Positions 9,678 to 19,294 of a stretch of DNA of 64,000 nt are shown in pieces (position 1 is the stretch's first letter; the number at the start of each line of letters is the position of its first letter). The notes beneath the pieces were generated by a model that saw only the letters and a program-made list of their open reading frames with translations, was not told where the DNA came from and did not search any database. Both the position numbers and the translations under genes were made by a program. Source of the stretch: Nannocystales bacterium (GTDB lineage Bacteria; Myxococcota_A; Polyangia; Nannocystales; Nannocystaceae); NCBI GenBank assembly GCA_050633305.1, contig JBOEGF010000014.1:331436-395435 (forward strand), given 5' to 3'.

Positions 9678-11737
9678 ACATCGCGGTCGCAGGCAATCCC
9701 AACGTCGGCAAGACAAGCCTGTTCAACGTCCTCACGGGCTCACGCCACAGCGTGGGCAACTATCCTGGGATGACGGTTGAGCGACGCGAGGGGGAACTCG
9801 CGAATCGCTGGGGCTCTGGAGAGCGTCGGTTTGTCGACCTCCCTGGGACGTACTCCCTGTCCGCCGTGTCCGAGGATGAGGCGGTCGCTTTTCGGTGCCT
9901 CCGGGGGCTGGACGCGGCGCCGCCGGATGCTGTCCTGCTGGTGCTCGACGGGACGAACCTCGCGCGAAACCTCTACTTCGCGCTGCAGGTCCTCGAACTC
10001 GAGCTGCCGACTGTTGTCGCCCTGAACATGGTCGACGCTGCCCGGGAGGCCGGCATCGCAGTGGAAGCGTCGGCGCTCGAGGCCGCGCTCGGCGTGAAGG
10101 TGGTCGAGACCAACGGCCGAACGGGGGATGGTGTCGATGCTCTGGTTCGCGCGTTTGATGATGTTCGAGCCGCGCCGGCGCGCGAGTACGTCGAGGAGAC
10201 CGAGCCCGCGGTTGGCCCCGCCCTCGCCAAGCTCGAAGACACCGGGGCTGGACGTGCACAGGCTCGTTGGCTGCTGTGCTGTGCGGCGGCGGGTACCGTG
10301 GAACTCACGGGCGCAACCGAAGAACTGAGGGCTGCACTCTCGGCGTTGGGTCAGGATGGTTGCTGGGCCGCGGCCCGGCGTCTTGTCGCGGCCCGGTACG
10401 CCACGGTCGATTCGATTCTGGGCACGCTCGGCGTCGACGAACGGATTCACGACGCACCGGCGATGAAAACATCCGAGCGCGTCGACGCCGTCCTGACCCA
10501 TCCGGTGTTGGGGTTGCTCGGCTTCGTGGCGACGATGGCCCTGGTCTTCGTCTCGATCTATTGGTGGGCCGACCCGTTGGTGGGCCTGATCGAGGATGGC
10601 TTCGGCGCGCTGAGTGAGGCCATCGCGGGGGCACTGGGCCCCGGCTTGCTCACCGATCTGATCACCGAAGGCCTCATCGCCGGGGTGGGCAACGTCTTGG
10701 TGTTCGTCCCGCAGATCGCGATGCTCTTCCTCTTCTTGGGGTTGCTCGAGGACTCCGGGTACCTCGCACGTGCTGCGTTCCTGCTCGACAAGTTGATGTC
10801 GAATCTCGGGCTCCACGGGCGTGCCTTTATCCCACTGCTCAGCGGCTACGCCTGCGCAATCCCGGCGATCATGGGAACGCGAACGATCTCCAGCTGGAAG
10901 GACCGGGTCGTCACCATGCTGATGATCCCGTACATGAGCTGCTCGGCTCGTCTGCCGATCTACGCGCTCGTGATCGGGGCCCTGTTCGTCAGCACCCCCG
11001 AGGAGGCCGTCATCAGTCCCTCGGTGGATCGCGGACTTCTTCTCCTCTCGATGTACCTGCTCTCGACCGTGTCGGCGTTGGCGGTCGGGTACCTCTACAA
11101 GCGCACGATCCTCGCCAGTCCGACCCCGCCATTGGTGCTGGAGCTTCCGCCGTACCGACTCCCACGGGTCGCCAACACGTTGGCCGTGGTGTGGGACAAG
11201 ACGCTCGCCTTCATCAAGGGGGCGGGCACGGTGATCCTGGCGTTCACGATCGTGCTCTGGGCGATCTTGTCCTTCCCTCGCGAAGCCACGGGGGCGGGCG
11301 GAGATGGGCCGACCCGAATCGAGGCCAGCTACGGCGGCCGAGTCGCCAAGACGTTCGAGCCTCTGGTGGAGCCCATCGGGCAGGATTGGCGCGTGGGCAT
11401 CGGCATCCTCGGGAGCTTCGCCGCACGGGAAGTCTTGGTGAGCACGTTAGGTCTTGCGTACGGGATGGAGGCCGATGATGACGACCCCGTCCAGCTTCGC
11501 GAGGCGATGCGCACCGACGTCGACGAGGCTGGGAAGCCGGTCCACACCAAGCTCAGCGGGTTGGCGCTGATGGTGTTCTTCGTCTACGCGTGCCAGTGCA
11601 TGTCCACCGTCGCGGTTGTGAAGCGAGAGACTCGGGGGTGGAAGTGGCCGCTGTTCATGCTCGTGTCGATGACCGTGATCGCGTACGCCGCCGCGCTGCT
11701 CGTGTTTCAAGTCGGGCGGCTGCTCGGATACGGGTAG
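9674..11737 (+). CDS. feoB: Ferrous iron transport protein B
   Basis: GNPNVGKTSLFN, GNYPGMTVE, DLPGTYSL, LNMVD, LEDSGYLAR and CSARLPIY; multiple TMs. Confidence 0.97.
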   Translation: MNIAVAGNPNVGKTSLFNVLTGSRHSVGNYPGMTVERREGELANRWGSGERRFVDLPGTYSLSAVSEDEAVAFRCLRGLDAAPPDAVLLVLDGTNLARNLYFALQVLELELPTVVALNMVDAAREAGIAVEASALEAALGVKVVETNGRTGDGVDALVRAFDDVRAAPAREYVEETEPAVGPALAKLEDTGAGRAQARWLLCCAAAGTVELTGATEELRAALSALGQDGCWAAARRLVAARYATVDSILGTLGVDERIHDAPAMKTSERVDAVLTHPVLGLLGFVATMALVFVSIYWWADPLVGLIEDGFGALSEAIAGALGPGLLTDLITEGLIAGVGNVLVFVPQIAMLFLFLGLLEDSGYLARAAFLLDKLMSNLGLHGRAFIPLLSGYACAIPAIMGTRTISSWKDRVVTMLMIPYMSCSARLPIYALVIGALFVSTPEEAVISPSVDRGLLLLSMYLLSTVSALAVGYLYKRTILASPTPPLVLELPPYRLPRVANTLAVVWDKTLAFIKGAGTVILAFTIVLWAILSFPREATGAGGDGPTRIEASYGGRVAKTFEPLVEPIGQDWRVGIGILGSFAAREVLVSTLGLAYGMEADDDDPVQLREAMRTDVDEAGKPVHTKLSGLALMVFFVYACQCMSTVAVVKRETRGWKWPLFMLVSMTVIAYAAALLVFQVGRLLGYG

Positions 11738-11822
11738 GGGGGGCGATTTGAGGCTTCGGGGCCTCTGAGGGCAGGACTGGGCCCTCGGGAATGCGGGCCG
11801 CGCGGTGAAGCGTCAGCGGTAC

Positions 11823-12998
11823 ATGCAGACGAGACGCCCTCCTTCCCGCTCCCCGATGACGCTACGCGCGCTACGGCGCGATATCGCGATCCTGTCGGCA
11901 GCGGCGGCTGTCTCGATCTCGTTCAGCGCGTGGGTTCACGGGCAGACGTGTTCGCTCGAAGCCGAGCCCTCGGTGCCGTCGCGGTTGCACGCGTCCATGG
12001 TCGCGCCGCGCCCCGCCGAGCACCGTGAGGTGGTCGCTCCGCTCGAGGTCGCGCCGCTGAAGTACGGCGAGCATTTCGCCTTCGTCGTCGATCTCGAGGA
12101 GCCGTACATCGTGTTGGCAACCGATGTTGACGCGTCGTGGGAGGGCAGCATGGACACGCTCCTGGGTGTGGATACCGTGTTCCGAAGTGTTGATGGACCC
12201 GCGCTCCCGGAATCGCTGCAAGCCATGGAGGGTCGGTCGGTCGCGTTGTGGGCGAACGAGTCCGACGGGCACGCCACTTCGCTGGGGACCGCGCGCATCG
12301 GTGCGCCGCGCCTTGTCGCGCAGGCCTCCGGGTCACTCGGCCCCGACGCGCGACTCGATACCTGGGCGTTGTATGAGCGGCTGGAGCGTGACGGCGTGTT
12401 GCCGGGCCGCGTGCAGGGCCGCCTAAAGCAGGCAATCTGGGATGATGGGCAGCGTCTGCTCGTCGCGCCACTCGAGGGCGCTCGTGCTTCCGAAGCAACG
12501 TGGGCACGTTCCGCCGAACTCCCCGAGCCCACCTTCTTCGTCCCGAGGGAACTCGAGGCTGCGGAGCAAGGAGCCATGCGGCACGCGTTCCTCGCCAACC
12601 ACGAGGGTCGGGCCGCTGCCGATGAACACCTACGGATGGAGTTGGGAAGCTTGGCTCCCCACATCCGAACGCAGGGGTGGGCCGATACGGCCGGTGAACT
12701 CCAGTTCTCGACAGCGTTCGTCGACTCTCCGCACGTCGAGACCTGCGGCGGGTTCGATTGGTCGTTCGCACTCGCAACCCAGGTCCATCACGGTGAGTGG
12801 GCGGTGCCTGGTGCTGTGCCCTCGGCGCACACGATCGGTCCCACGTTTGTGGGGGACCTCAACGCGGACGGATTCGCCGATATGTTCCTCGAACCACGAC
12901 CCCTCGACGGTGGGACCATGCTGCTTCAGGGGTCGCCCGAAGGGCTCCGCGTGGTCGACACGCTCGACGAGGTTCCGTACTTCGGCTGCCGCTGCTGA
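11823..12998 (+). CDS. Exported hypothetical protein with a DxNxDG Ca-binding-like loop and terminal CxC
   Basis: N-terminal hydrophobic segment, GDLNADGFADMFL and terminal PYFGCRC. Start uncertain. Confidence 0.7.
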   Translation: MQTRRPPSRSPMTLRALRRDIAILSAAAAVSISFSAWVHGQTCSLEAEPSVPSRLHASMVAPRPAEHREVVAPLEVAPLKYGEHFAFVVDLEEPYIVLATDVDASWEGSMDTLLGVDTVFRSVDGPALPESLQAMEGRSVALWANESDGHATSLGTARIGAPRLVAQASGSLGPDARLDTWALYERLERDGVLPGRVQGRLKQAIWDDGQRLLVAPLEGARASEATWARSAELPEPTFFVPRELEAAEQGAMRHAFLANHEGRAAADEHLRMELGSLAPHIRTQGWADTAGELQFSTAFVDSPHVETCGGFDWSFALATQVHHGEWAVPGAVPSAHTIGPTFVGDLNADGFADMFLEPRPLDGGTMLLQGSPEGLRVVDTLDEVPYFGCRC

Positions 12999-13015
12999 CG
13001 CGCTGCCGAGGCCCG

Positions 13016-13864
13016 CTACTGGACCGATGCAGGAGTCGGCGGTGCGACATCGCCGCTCGCTGCGGCATCGTCGACCGGAGCGGGCTTGGGGACAGGAGCT
13101 TCCTCGGGGGCTGGGGCTTCTCGAGGGGCGGGCGCTTCTCGAGGGGCGGGCGCTTCTGCGGGGGCGGGTGCTTCGTCGGCGGCGTCAACCGCCGGATCCG
13201 GCAAGTCCTCCGCGTCTTCGTCGTCCGTTCCCTCCTCATCCTCGGAGGGGTCTTCGGCGAACGGGTTGTCGTCCTGCTCGAAGTTGGTCGGGACGGGTTC
13301 GTCGACCTCGTCGGCTGGGGTGTCCGCAACTGCGTCGTCTTCGGCCGCCGATATGGCAGGAAGGTTGGCGAAAGAACCCTCGGCCGGGTCGGCGACATCA
13401 GCGTGGCTGACGGGGGTGGCAACCGACCCTTGCGCGGGCTTGGCGGGGATCGCTAGCGTGACGGCGGGGGCGGTGGTCGGCACGGCTTGTTGAGGTTGTG
13501 CCTGTGGTGGTTTGGCCGACTGCCGCGCGATGCGTGGCTTGGACGGAACCCCGATAGGGTCTGCGGGAGCGTCGGTGTCCACGGCTGGGCCGAGCGTGGC
13601 GCTGCTCTGCAGGTGAGCGGAGACCGCGGAGAGCTCTCGCGCGGAACCTCGTAGGCTGGCTGAGAGCTTGTGCGGATCGGAGTTGCCGCCCAATGAGACC
13701 GCGGCGACGATTGCGGTCAACAGGGCGAGGGTCCCAGCGCCGCCGAGAATCATCCAACGACGCTCGTCACCGCGGCTCCCACCGATGCGAGCCTGTGATT
13801 CGTCGCGGACGAGGATGTCTTCTTCGAGCGTTCCCAGCTCGTATTCGTGCTCTTGCGTGTCCAT
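13016..13864 (-). CDS. Single-TM protein with acidic Pro/Ala-rich low-complexity C-terminus
   Basis: TM WMILGGAGTLALLTAIVAAV; EAPAPR repeats; AAGGGG SD-like site before the ATG. Confidence 0.7.
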   Translation of the reverse strand: MDTQEHEYELGTLEEDILVRDESQARIGGSRGDERRWMILGGAGTLALLTAIVAAVSLGGNSDPHKLSASLRGSARELSAVSAHLQSSATLGPAVDTDAPADPIGVPSKPRIARQSAKPPQAQPQQAVPTTAPAVTLAIPAKPAQGSVATPVSHADVADPAEGSFANLPAISAAEDDAVADTPADEVDEPVPTNFEQDDNPFAEDPSEDEEGTDDEDAEDLPDPAVDAADEAPAPAEAPAPREAPAPREAPAPEEAPVPKPAPVDDAAASGDVAPPTPASVQ

Positions 13865-14022
13865 GCGGACCCCTTGGGTTTCCGCACCATAGCCCGCGGA
13901 GGGGACCGGTCAAGGAATTGAGAAAACGGTGTTTTTGCGGACCGCCAGCTTGGTGATCCGCACGACGCTTCTCCCAAAACTTGCACCCGGGCCTCGAACG
14001 ACCTCGCGTTACTGTGATCCTC

Positions 14023-14946
14023 GTGCTGGGCCGGCTGACCCCGATTCTCCTCCTTGTTGCAGTGGGGTGCGACACCCCAGATCGGGTTGAGGGGCTTGAA
14101 CGGGTCGCCGCAACCCTGGAAGAGGGGGTCATCGGTGCGACCAAGGACGCGCAGTCGCTCCGGGAGGACATCGAGCTCCTCGAGACACGCGCGACCGAGT
14201 TGGAGGCCGACCGTCGTGCACTCGAGGAGCGGGTCGAGTCGCTGGAGACCGCGCTTGCGCGTGTCGAGGCCAAGCTCGACGCTCCGGTTGCGCTCCCCCC
14301 TGCGGCTCCTGCCGAACCCACCGTCAGGCCCGGTCGGCCAGACCCTGCGGAGCGCTACCGGGTTCCCGTGGGCGACTCCGCGGCCAAGGGGCCCGCGGAT
14401 GCCAAGATCACGTTGGTGATGATCACGGACTTTCAGTGTCCGTTCTGCAAGCGGTCGCAGGCGACGATTCAGGCGCTGGAGCGTCGATATGGTTCGGACC
14501 TGCGAATCGTTGTGAAACACAACCCGCTCGCGTTTCACAACCGAGCCCGAGCCGCTGCGCTGGCCGCAGAGGCTGCCAACGAGCAGGGCAAGTTCTGGCC
14601 CTTGCACGACCTGCTCTACGAAAACAACCGGTCGCTCTCCGACGCAGACCTCCGACGCTGGGCAAAGAAGGCCGGGTGCGAGATGTCGAGATTTCGGGCA
14701 GACCAGAACAAGGCTTCGCTCGCCCGACGGGTCGACGACGACATCGCCCTTGCCCGAAAGGTGGGTGCTCGTGGAACGCCAGCGTTCTTCATCAACGGTC
14801 GGTTCCTCTCCGGGGCGCAACCGGAGTCGGCGTTTGCCAAGGTGATCGACGAGGAGATCGCCGAGGCCGACCGGCGGATCGCCGCTGGCACACCTCAGGA
14901 CTTCCTTTATGCGACGCTGATGAAGGGCGCGAAGCCGGGCGTTTGA
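14023..14946 (+). CDS. DsbA/thioredoxin-fold lipoprotein with N-terminal coiled coil
   Basis: Lipobox-like AVGC, heptad region, DFQCPFC, GTPAFFINGR and GAQP. Confidence 0.92.
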   Translation: MLGRLTPILLLVAVGCDTPDRVEGLERVAATLEEGVIGATKDAQSLREDIELLETRATELEADRRALEERVESLETALARVEAKLDAPVALPPAAPAEPTVRPGRPDPAERYRVPVGDSAAKGPADAKITLVMITDFQCPFCKRSQATIQALERRYGSDLRIVVKHNPLAFHNRARAAALAAEAANEQGKFWPLHDLLYENNRSLSDADLRRWAKKAGCEMSRFRADQNKASLARRVDDDIALARKVGARGTPAFFINGRFLSGAQPESAFAKVIDEEIAEADRRIAAGTPQDFLYATLMKGAKPGV

Positions 14947-14992
14947 TCCCCCCTCCCCCAGATCCCGCCGCAGATCCCGACCCAGGGTTGTT
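14945..14992. repeat. Left flank of RAYT: GATCCC micro-repeats plus inverted copy of the right-flank core motif
   Basis: GACCCAGGGTTGTT (14979-14992) has reverse complement AACAACCCTGGGTC, 12/14 identical to each of the three right-flank cores. GATCCC occurs at 14945, 14961 and 14973. Confidence 0.6.
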
Positions 14993-15182
14993 GACGGGCC
15001 GGGCGAGAGATTGGCGCGCCGGTGGGTGACAGGCAGCCTGACGAGGCGAGAAAACCGCGGCTCGGGGCGGAATCCGGGCTGGGGCACTGCGTCTGGCGGG
15101 CGATACCGGGCCACGTCCGGCGAGGAACCAGCGCCCGCGGACGAGCACTGGGCTCGCCTTCTGCGCCTGAAACCGCGAGGGC

Positions 15183-16091
15183 TCAGTTTTTTGCGACGTC
15201 GATGGCGACGCCGAAGCGCTGGACCATCAGGTATGTACCGAGAGGAAAGACGACATTTCGCTTCCCGCTTTCGAACAGCAAGCGTGCTTGCTCGTGTGCC
15301 TTGAGGAAGGCCTCGTTGCGCTGTAGCGCTTCGATGCGGGCCCACTTGTTCTTGCCCGCAACGGTCGGCCGAATGCCGCGCCGCGGAGCCCGGGTGCTGG
15401 GCGAGCTTTCGGTAGGCTGCCGACGAACACGCGCCATGCCGACGAAGGACCCGCCGTTGTTCCGAAGCTTGTCCGCAATCAAGTGGCTTCGCTCGCGGGC
15501 CCGGTCTCGAAGCTGCTCGCGAGCGTCGGCATCGCTAAGGCCGGGGTAGAGGGCTTCGGGTCGCACAAGGGTGAGGACCTCTTCTTCGAGTGTCTTGTCG
15601 CTGGACTCGTCAAAGAACCCGGTGGGCCGCCGAATGGTCTTCGACTGCCCGTAGTTCATGCTCCAGCTGCAGACGCCATCCCAGTACTCGGGAAGCTTGA
15701 CGAGGCCAGCGTCGACGACGTTGCACAGGGTGTAGAGGCACTCGTCTTCGATAGCGTCGTCGTCGACGAGGGTGACGGCGTTGTAGGAGCCCGGAGCAAA
15801 GAAGCTCTCCCAGCGGCCGAGGCTGGCGTTGACGCCTCGAGCGACGAACTGGTTGAGCTCGCGAAAGAACAGCGGCCGCTGCCCACGAACATCGGTGAAG
15901 ACGACGTGATAGTGGTTGCTCAGGACCTGGAATTCGTGGAGGAGAACCCCGGAGAGCCGGACCGCGCGGGCGAGGCAGTAGAGGAAGAGGTGGTCGGTGG
16001 TGGGGCTGGGTCGTAGGAAGAAGCGACGCTCACTGCAACGACGGGTCCCCATGACGACCTCTCCGGCCTTGACGAAGCGAGGGCGAGTCAT
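15183..16091 (-). mobile_element. HUH/Y1 REP-associated tyrosine transposase (RAYT-like, IS200 superfamily)
   Basis: TRRCSERRFFL, LHEFQVLSNHYHVV (HUH motif), RWESFF..GSY and YTLCNVVDAGLV (catalytic Tyr region); GGAGG 8 nt before the ATG at 16091. Confidence 0.9.
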
Positions 16092-16305
16092 CGGGATGGC
16101 CTCCACGTGCGTCCTGCCAAGCGCGTGCAGGAAATGCTGCATGCTCGGTCAAGGCAAGATGGGTTCGCGGGACACACCGGTGTCGGAGAGAGCAAGGAGT
16201 TGGCCAGTTTCGCCGCAGCGAAGAAACCGGGTGATTTCAGGCGTGCTGACGGGAGCGTTGGGCGAAGGCGGCCAGCGCTTGGGCCAGTGGGTGGGCCACT
16301 GGGCC

Positions 16306-16490
16306 AGCGGCGGTACCTCCGCTGAAACAACCCCGGGACTAGACAGCGGGACGGACAGCGGGACAGAGTCCGGACAGCGGGCGCGGGCGCCAGCGGCGGT
16401 AGCTCCGCAGAAATAACCCTGAGTCCGGACAGAGAGCGCGGACAGCGAGCGGCGGTAGCTCCGCAGGAATAACCCTGAGTCCGGAGAGCG
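16306..16490 (+). repeat. Three copies of a ~38-bp hairpin-forming REP-like repeat separated by GGACAG(CGG) micro-repeats
   Basis: AGCGGCGGTAGCTCCGCAG(A/G)AATAACCCTGAGTCCGGA at 16392-16429 and 16448-16485 (37/38 identical); degenerate copy at 16306-16340; partial tail at 16366-16377. Confidence 0.9.
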
Positions 16491-16500
16491 GCAAGGGTCG

Positions 16501-19284
16501 GTGTTGTTCACCACGTCCGAGGGGCGCGAGACGGCCTATGCGTTTCAACGTCAAGGGACGGACTACGAACGCTCGGTGACCTTCCCGGATGGGACGGTGA
16601 CGGCGAGTGTTCTGACGCCCGAGCAGGACCAGGTGACGTACGCGGACGGGACCGTCGTGACCACCCAGTGGGAGGCGAACGAACGTCTGGGCGCGAACAC
16701 GCGGGCTCCGGCATCGATTCGCACTCAGACGCCGGGTGCAGGGGACCGAGTGGTCACGTTCGTGCGCGAGTTCGAGCCGCGTTGTACGGTCTACACCGAG
16801 GACGCTGAGTGCGGGGATCCGCCTGTGGAGTTGCCCAATCTGCGCGCCGACCGGATCTCGGAGACCGCGCAGTCGGGCTCGGAGACCTGGACGCGAGTCT
16901 ACGACCGCGCCCACATTGACGGTGGAAGCTCGGTCGCCGCAACGATCGTGAGCACGGCTCCGTCTGGTCGCGTGACCACGACGACGCTCAACGGCGACGG
17001 CCAGGTGGCGTCGCTGCAGGTCGGCACGTTGGCACCGGTGATCTACAGCTACGATGCTCGTGGCAGGGTTTCGGGCATTTCGCAGACCGACGGATTGGAG
17101 GTTCGCGGGGTGACGTTCGGGTACCACGCAACCGAGGGGTGGCTGGAGACGGTCACGGATTCTGAGAACCGGACCACGACATACCAGCGCGATGAAGTCG
17201 GACGGGTTCTGCAGCAGATCGCTCCCAACACGGAGGTCGTCAGCTTCACCTACGATGAAGACGGAAATGTCGAGTCGGTGACGCCGCCGTCGCGCCCTGC
17301 GCACGACTTCTTCTACGACTCGGCCGACCGGCTTCGGGAGTACGCGCCGCCTGCGGTCAGCGGAGTCCCGGACCCCGAAACGCAATACACGTACACGCCG
17401 GACCACCAGCCGGCTGTCACGTCCCTACCGCAGTCCTCCGACATCACGTACACGCACGACGTCAGCACAGGCAAGCTGAGCACGATCGCAACGCCCGAAG
17501 CGCTCTACACGTTTGTCCATGACGACGACGGTGGAGTGGACGATACGGGCCAGCTGCAGTCGGCTTCGATCGACCCCGACGCGATGGGAATGGCGACGAA
17601 CACGCTGACCTACACCTACGACGGTGACCTGCTCACCGGCGAGGCGATGACCGGTGACGTGACCGGCTCGGTGAGCTGGGGCTACGACAGCCAGCGGCGG
17701 CTGGACTCGGAGACGGCGGCCGGGGACACTGTGGCGTATGGCTACGACAGCCAGGGGCGGATGACCTCGATGGGTGCCATGACCGCGACGTACGTGCCGA
17801 CGACTGGCCAGCTGGACACGACCACGGTGAGTGGGGTGTTGGCGACGTACAGCTACGATCCATTCGGCGACTTGGCGGGGATCCTCTACGAGGACGGAGC
17901 TACGGCGGTCTACGAGGTCACGTACACGCGGGACAGCTACGGCCGCATCGAGACCAAGACGGAGACCCACAGCGGCTCGACGAGCCTGCGTTGCTACGAA
18001 TACGACGACGCAGATCGGTTGGCGGACGTCTATGACGCCGCGGACTCGATGGGCTGCACCGGGACGAACTTGGAGTCGTACAGCTACGATTCCAACGGCA
18101 ACCGGAGCACGGTGACGAATAGCGCGGGCACGATCGGCGCAGGGGGAGTGGTGACGGACAACCAGGACCGCCTGCTGACGCATGGCGACTGGACGTACAC
18201 GTACAACGATGATGGGCAGATGGATTCGCGGACCGATACGTCCAGCGGGGACGTCTGGCTGTACACGTACGATGCTGTCGGCAACCTGCTGGAGGTGGAC
18301 CCGCCGGGGACAACCGCCGGCACCATCACGTACATCATCGATGCGCGGAACAGGCGTGTGGGCAGGGAGGTGGACGGAGTGGAGCAGCATTTCCTGTACG
18401 GAGACCAGCTCAACCCGGTCGCCGAACTCGACGGGGCAGGCGCGTTGGTCTCGCGGTTCGTGTACGGGGCCAGTGACCACGTGCCGGACTACATGGTTCG
18501 CGGCGGGACGACGTACCGGTTCCTGACGGACCAGAATGGCAACGTGGTCGGCGTGTTCAACACAACGACGAACACGATGGCGCAGACCCGGGAGTACGAT
18601 GCGTACGGGCGGGTTGTCGGAGGCGCGACGACGGAGGCCGGGTTCTCGCAGCCGTTTGGGTTCGCTGGCGGGTTGTACGACGAGGATACGGGGTTGGTGC
18701 GGTTCGGGGCGCGGGATTATCGGCCGGAGGTTGGGAGTTGGGCGGCGAAGGACCCGCTCCGGTTCGGTGGTGGCGCCGCATCTTTGATGCAGTACTGCCT
18801 AGGAGACCCCTTGAACTTCGTCGACCCGCATGGCCAAGCTCCGCTATTCCCATTGCCTGCAGGCGGTGCATCCCCTTTGTCCGGGGCGGGGCACATGTTG
18901 ATAGTCGGAAATACTACCTGGGGCGGGCTTCAAACGATTCTTGGAAGTATAGCGTCAATTGGCGGAGAATATGACCTTGAGCATGCACCGGACGGTGTTG
19001 TGATGGTCCGTGGCGGGTGGATCAATGCCTTCTTGCCCCCGCGAAGCGCAATGACGCTCGGGCCTTTCATCTTCTTGAACGAGTGTGATCCGAACGGCCT
19101 TGAGGGCTACTATGGGGAGGTCCCGCTCTGGGAACACGAACGGGGGCATACGGCGCAGTCTGCTTTGATGGGCCCTGCGTATATCCCGGCGGGGTTGCTC
19201 AACTACTTGTTCTATCTCCAAACCTATAAGGATGGAAGTCCTCTAGATCGGAACGCAAATGACTGGGCGAATAATCTCAGGTAG
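16501..19284 (+). CDS. 5'-truncated Rhs/YD-repeat protein with C-terminal HExxH putative toxin domain
   Basis: Many YD repeats; core QPFGFAGGLYD..TGLVRFGARDY...W..KDP; PLNFVDPHG ends at 18834; tip carries HERGH (19135-19149). Starts inside repeats with no signal or N-terminal domain. Confidence 0.92.
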   Translation: MLFTTSEGRETAYAFQRQGTDYERSVTFPDGTVTASVLTPEQDQVTYADGTVVTTQWEANERLGANTRAPASIRTQTPGAGDRVVTFVREFEPRCTVYTEDAECGDPPVELPNLRADRISETAQSGSETWTRVYDRAHIDGGSSVAATIVSTAPSGRVTTTTLNGDGQVASLQVGTLAPVIYSYDARGRVSGISQTDGLEVRGVTFGYHATEGWLETVTDSENRTTTYQRDEVGRVLQQIAPNTEVVSFTYDEDGNVESVTPPSRPAHDFFYDSADRLREYAPPAVSGVPDPETQYTYTPDHQPAVTSLPQSSDITYTHDVSTGKLSTIATPEALYTFVHDDDGGVDDTGQLQSASIDPDAMGMATNTLTYTYDGDLLTGEAMTGDVTGSVSWGYDSQRRLDSETAAGDTVAYGYDSQGRMTSMGAMTATYVPTTGQLDTTTVSGVLATYSYDPFGDLAGILYEDGATAVYEVTYTRDSYGRIETKTETHSGSTSLRCYEYDDADRLADVYDAADSMGCTGTNLESYSYDSNGNRSTVTNSAGTIGAGGVVTDNQDRLLTHGDWTYTYNDDGQMDSRTDTSSGDVWLYTYDAVGNLLEVDPPGTTAGTITYIIDARNRRVGREVDGVEQHFLYGDQLNPVAELDGAGALVSRFVYGASDHVPDYMVRGGTTYRFLTDQNGNVVGVFNTTTNTMAQTREYDAYGRVVGGATTEAGFSQPFGFAGGLYDEDTGLVRFGARDYRPEVGSWAAKDPLRFGGGAASLMQYCLGDPLNFVDPHGQAPLFPLPAGGASPLSGAGHMLIVGNTTWGGLQTILGSIASIGGEYDLEHAPDGVVMVRGGWINAFLPPRSAMTLGPFIFLNECDPNGLEGYYGEVPLWEHERGHTAQSALMGPAYIPAGLLNYLFYLQTYKDGSPLDRNANDWANNLR

Positions 19285-19294
19285 CCGGAATTCT

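Noticed and set aside
13100..13170. 18-bp tandem repeats (also near 45600-45640)
   Set aside because: They encode ordinary Pro/Ala linkers (EAPAPR, AAPVQP) within CDSs.
16306..16490. 38-bp direct repeats as a mini CRISPR array
   Set aside because: Spacers are unequal (about 50 and 18 bp) and made of micro-repeats, no cas genes are in the window, and the RAYT context explains them better.
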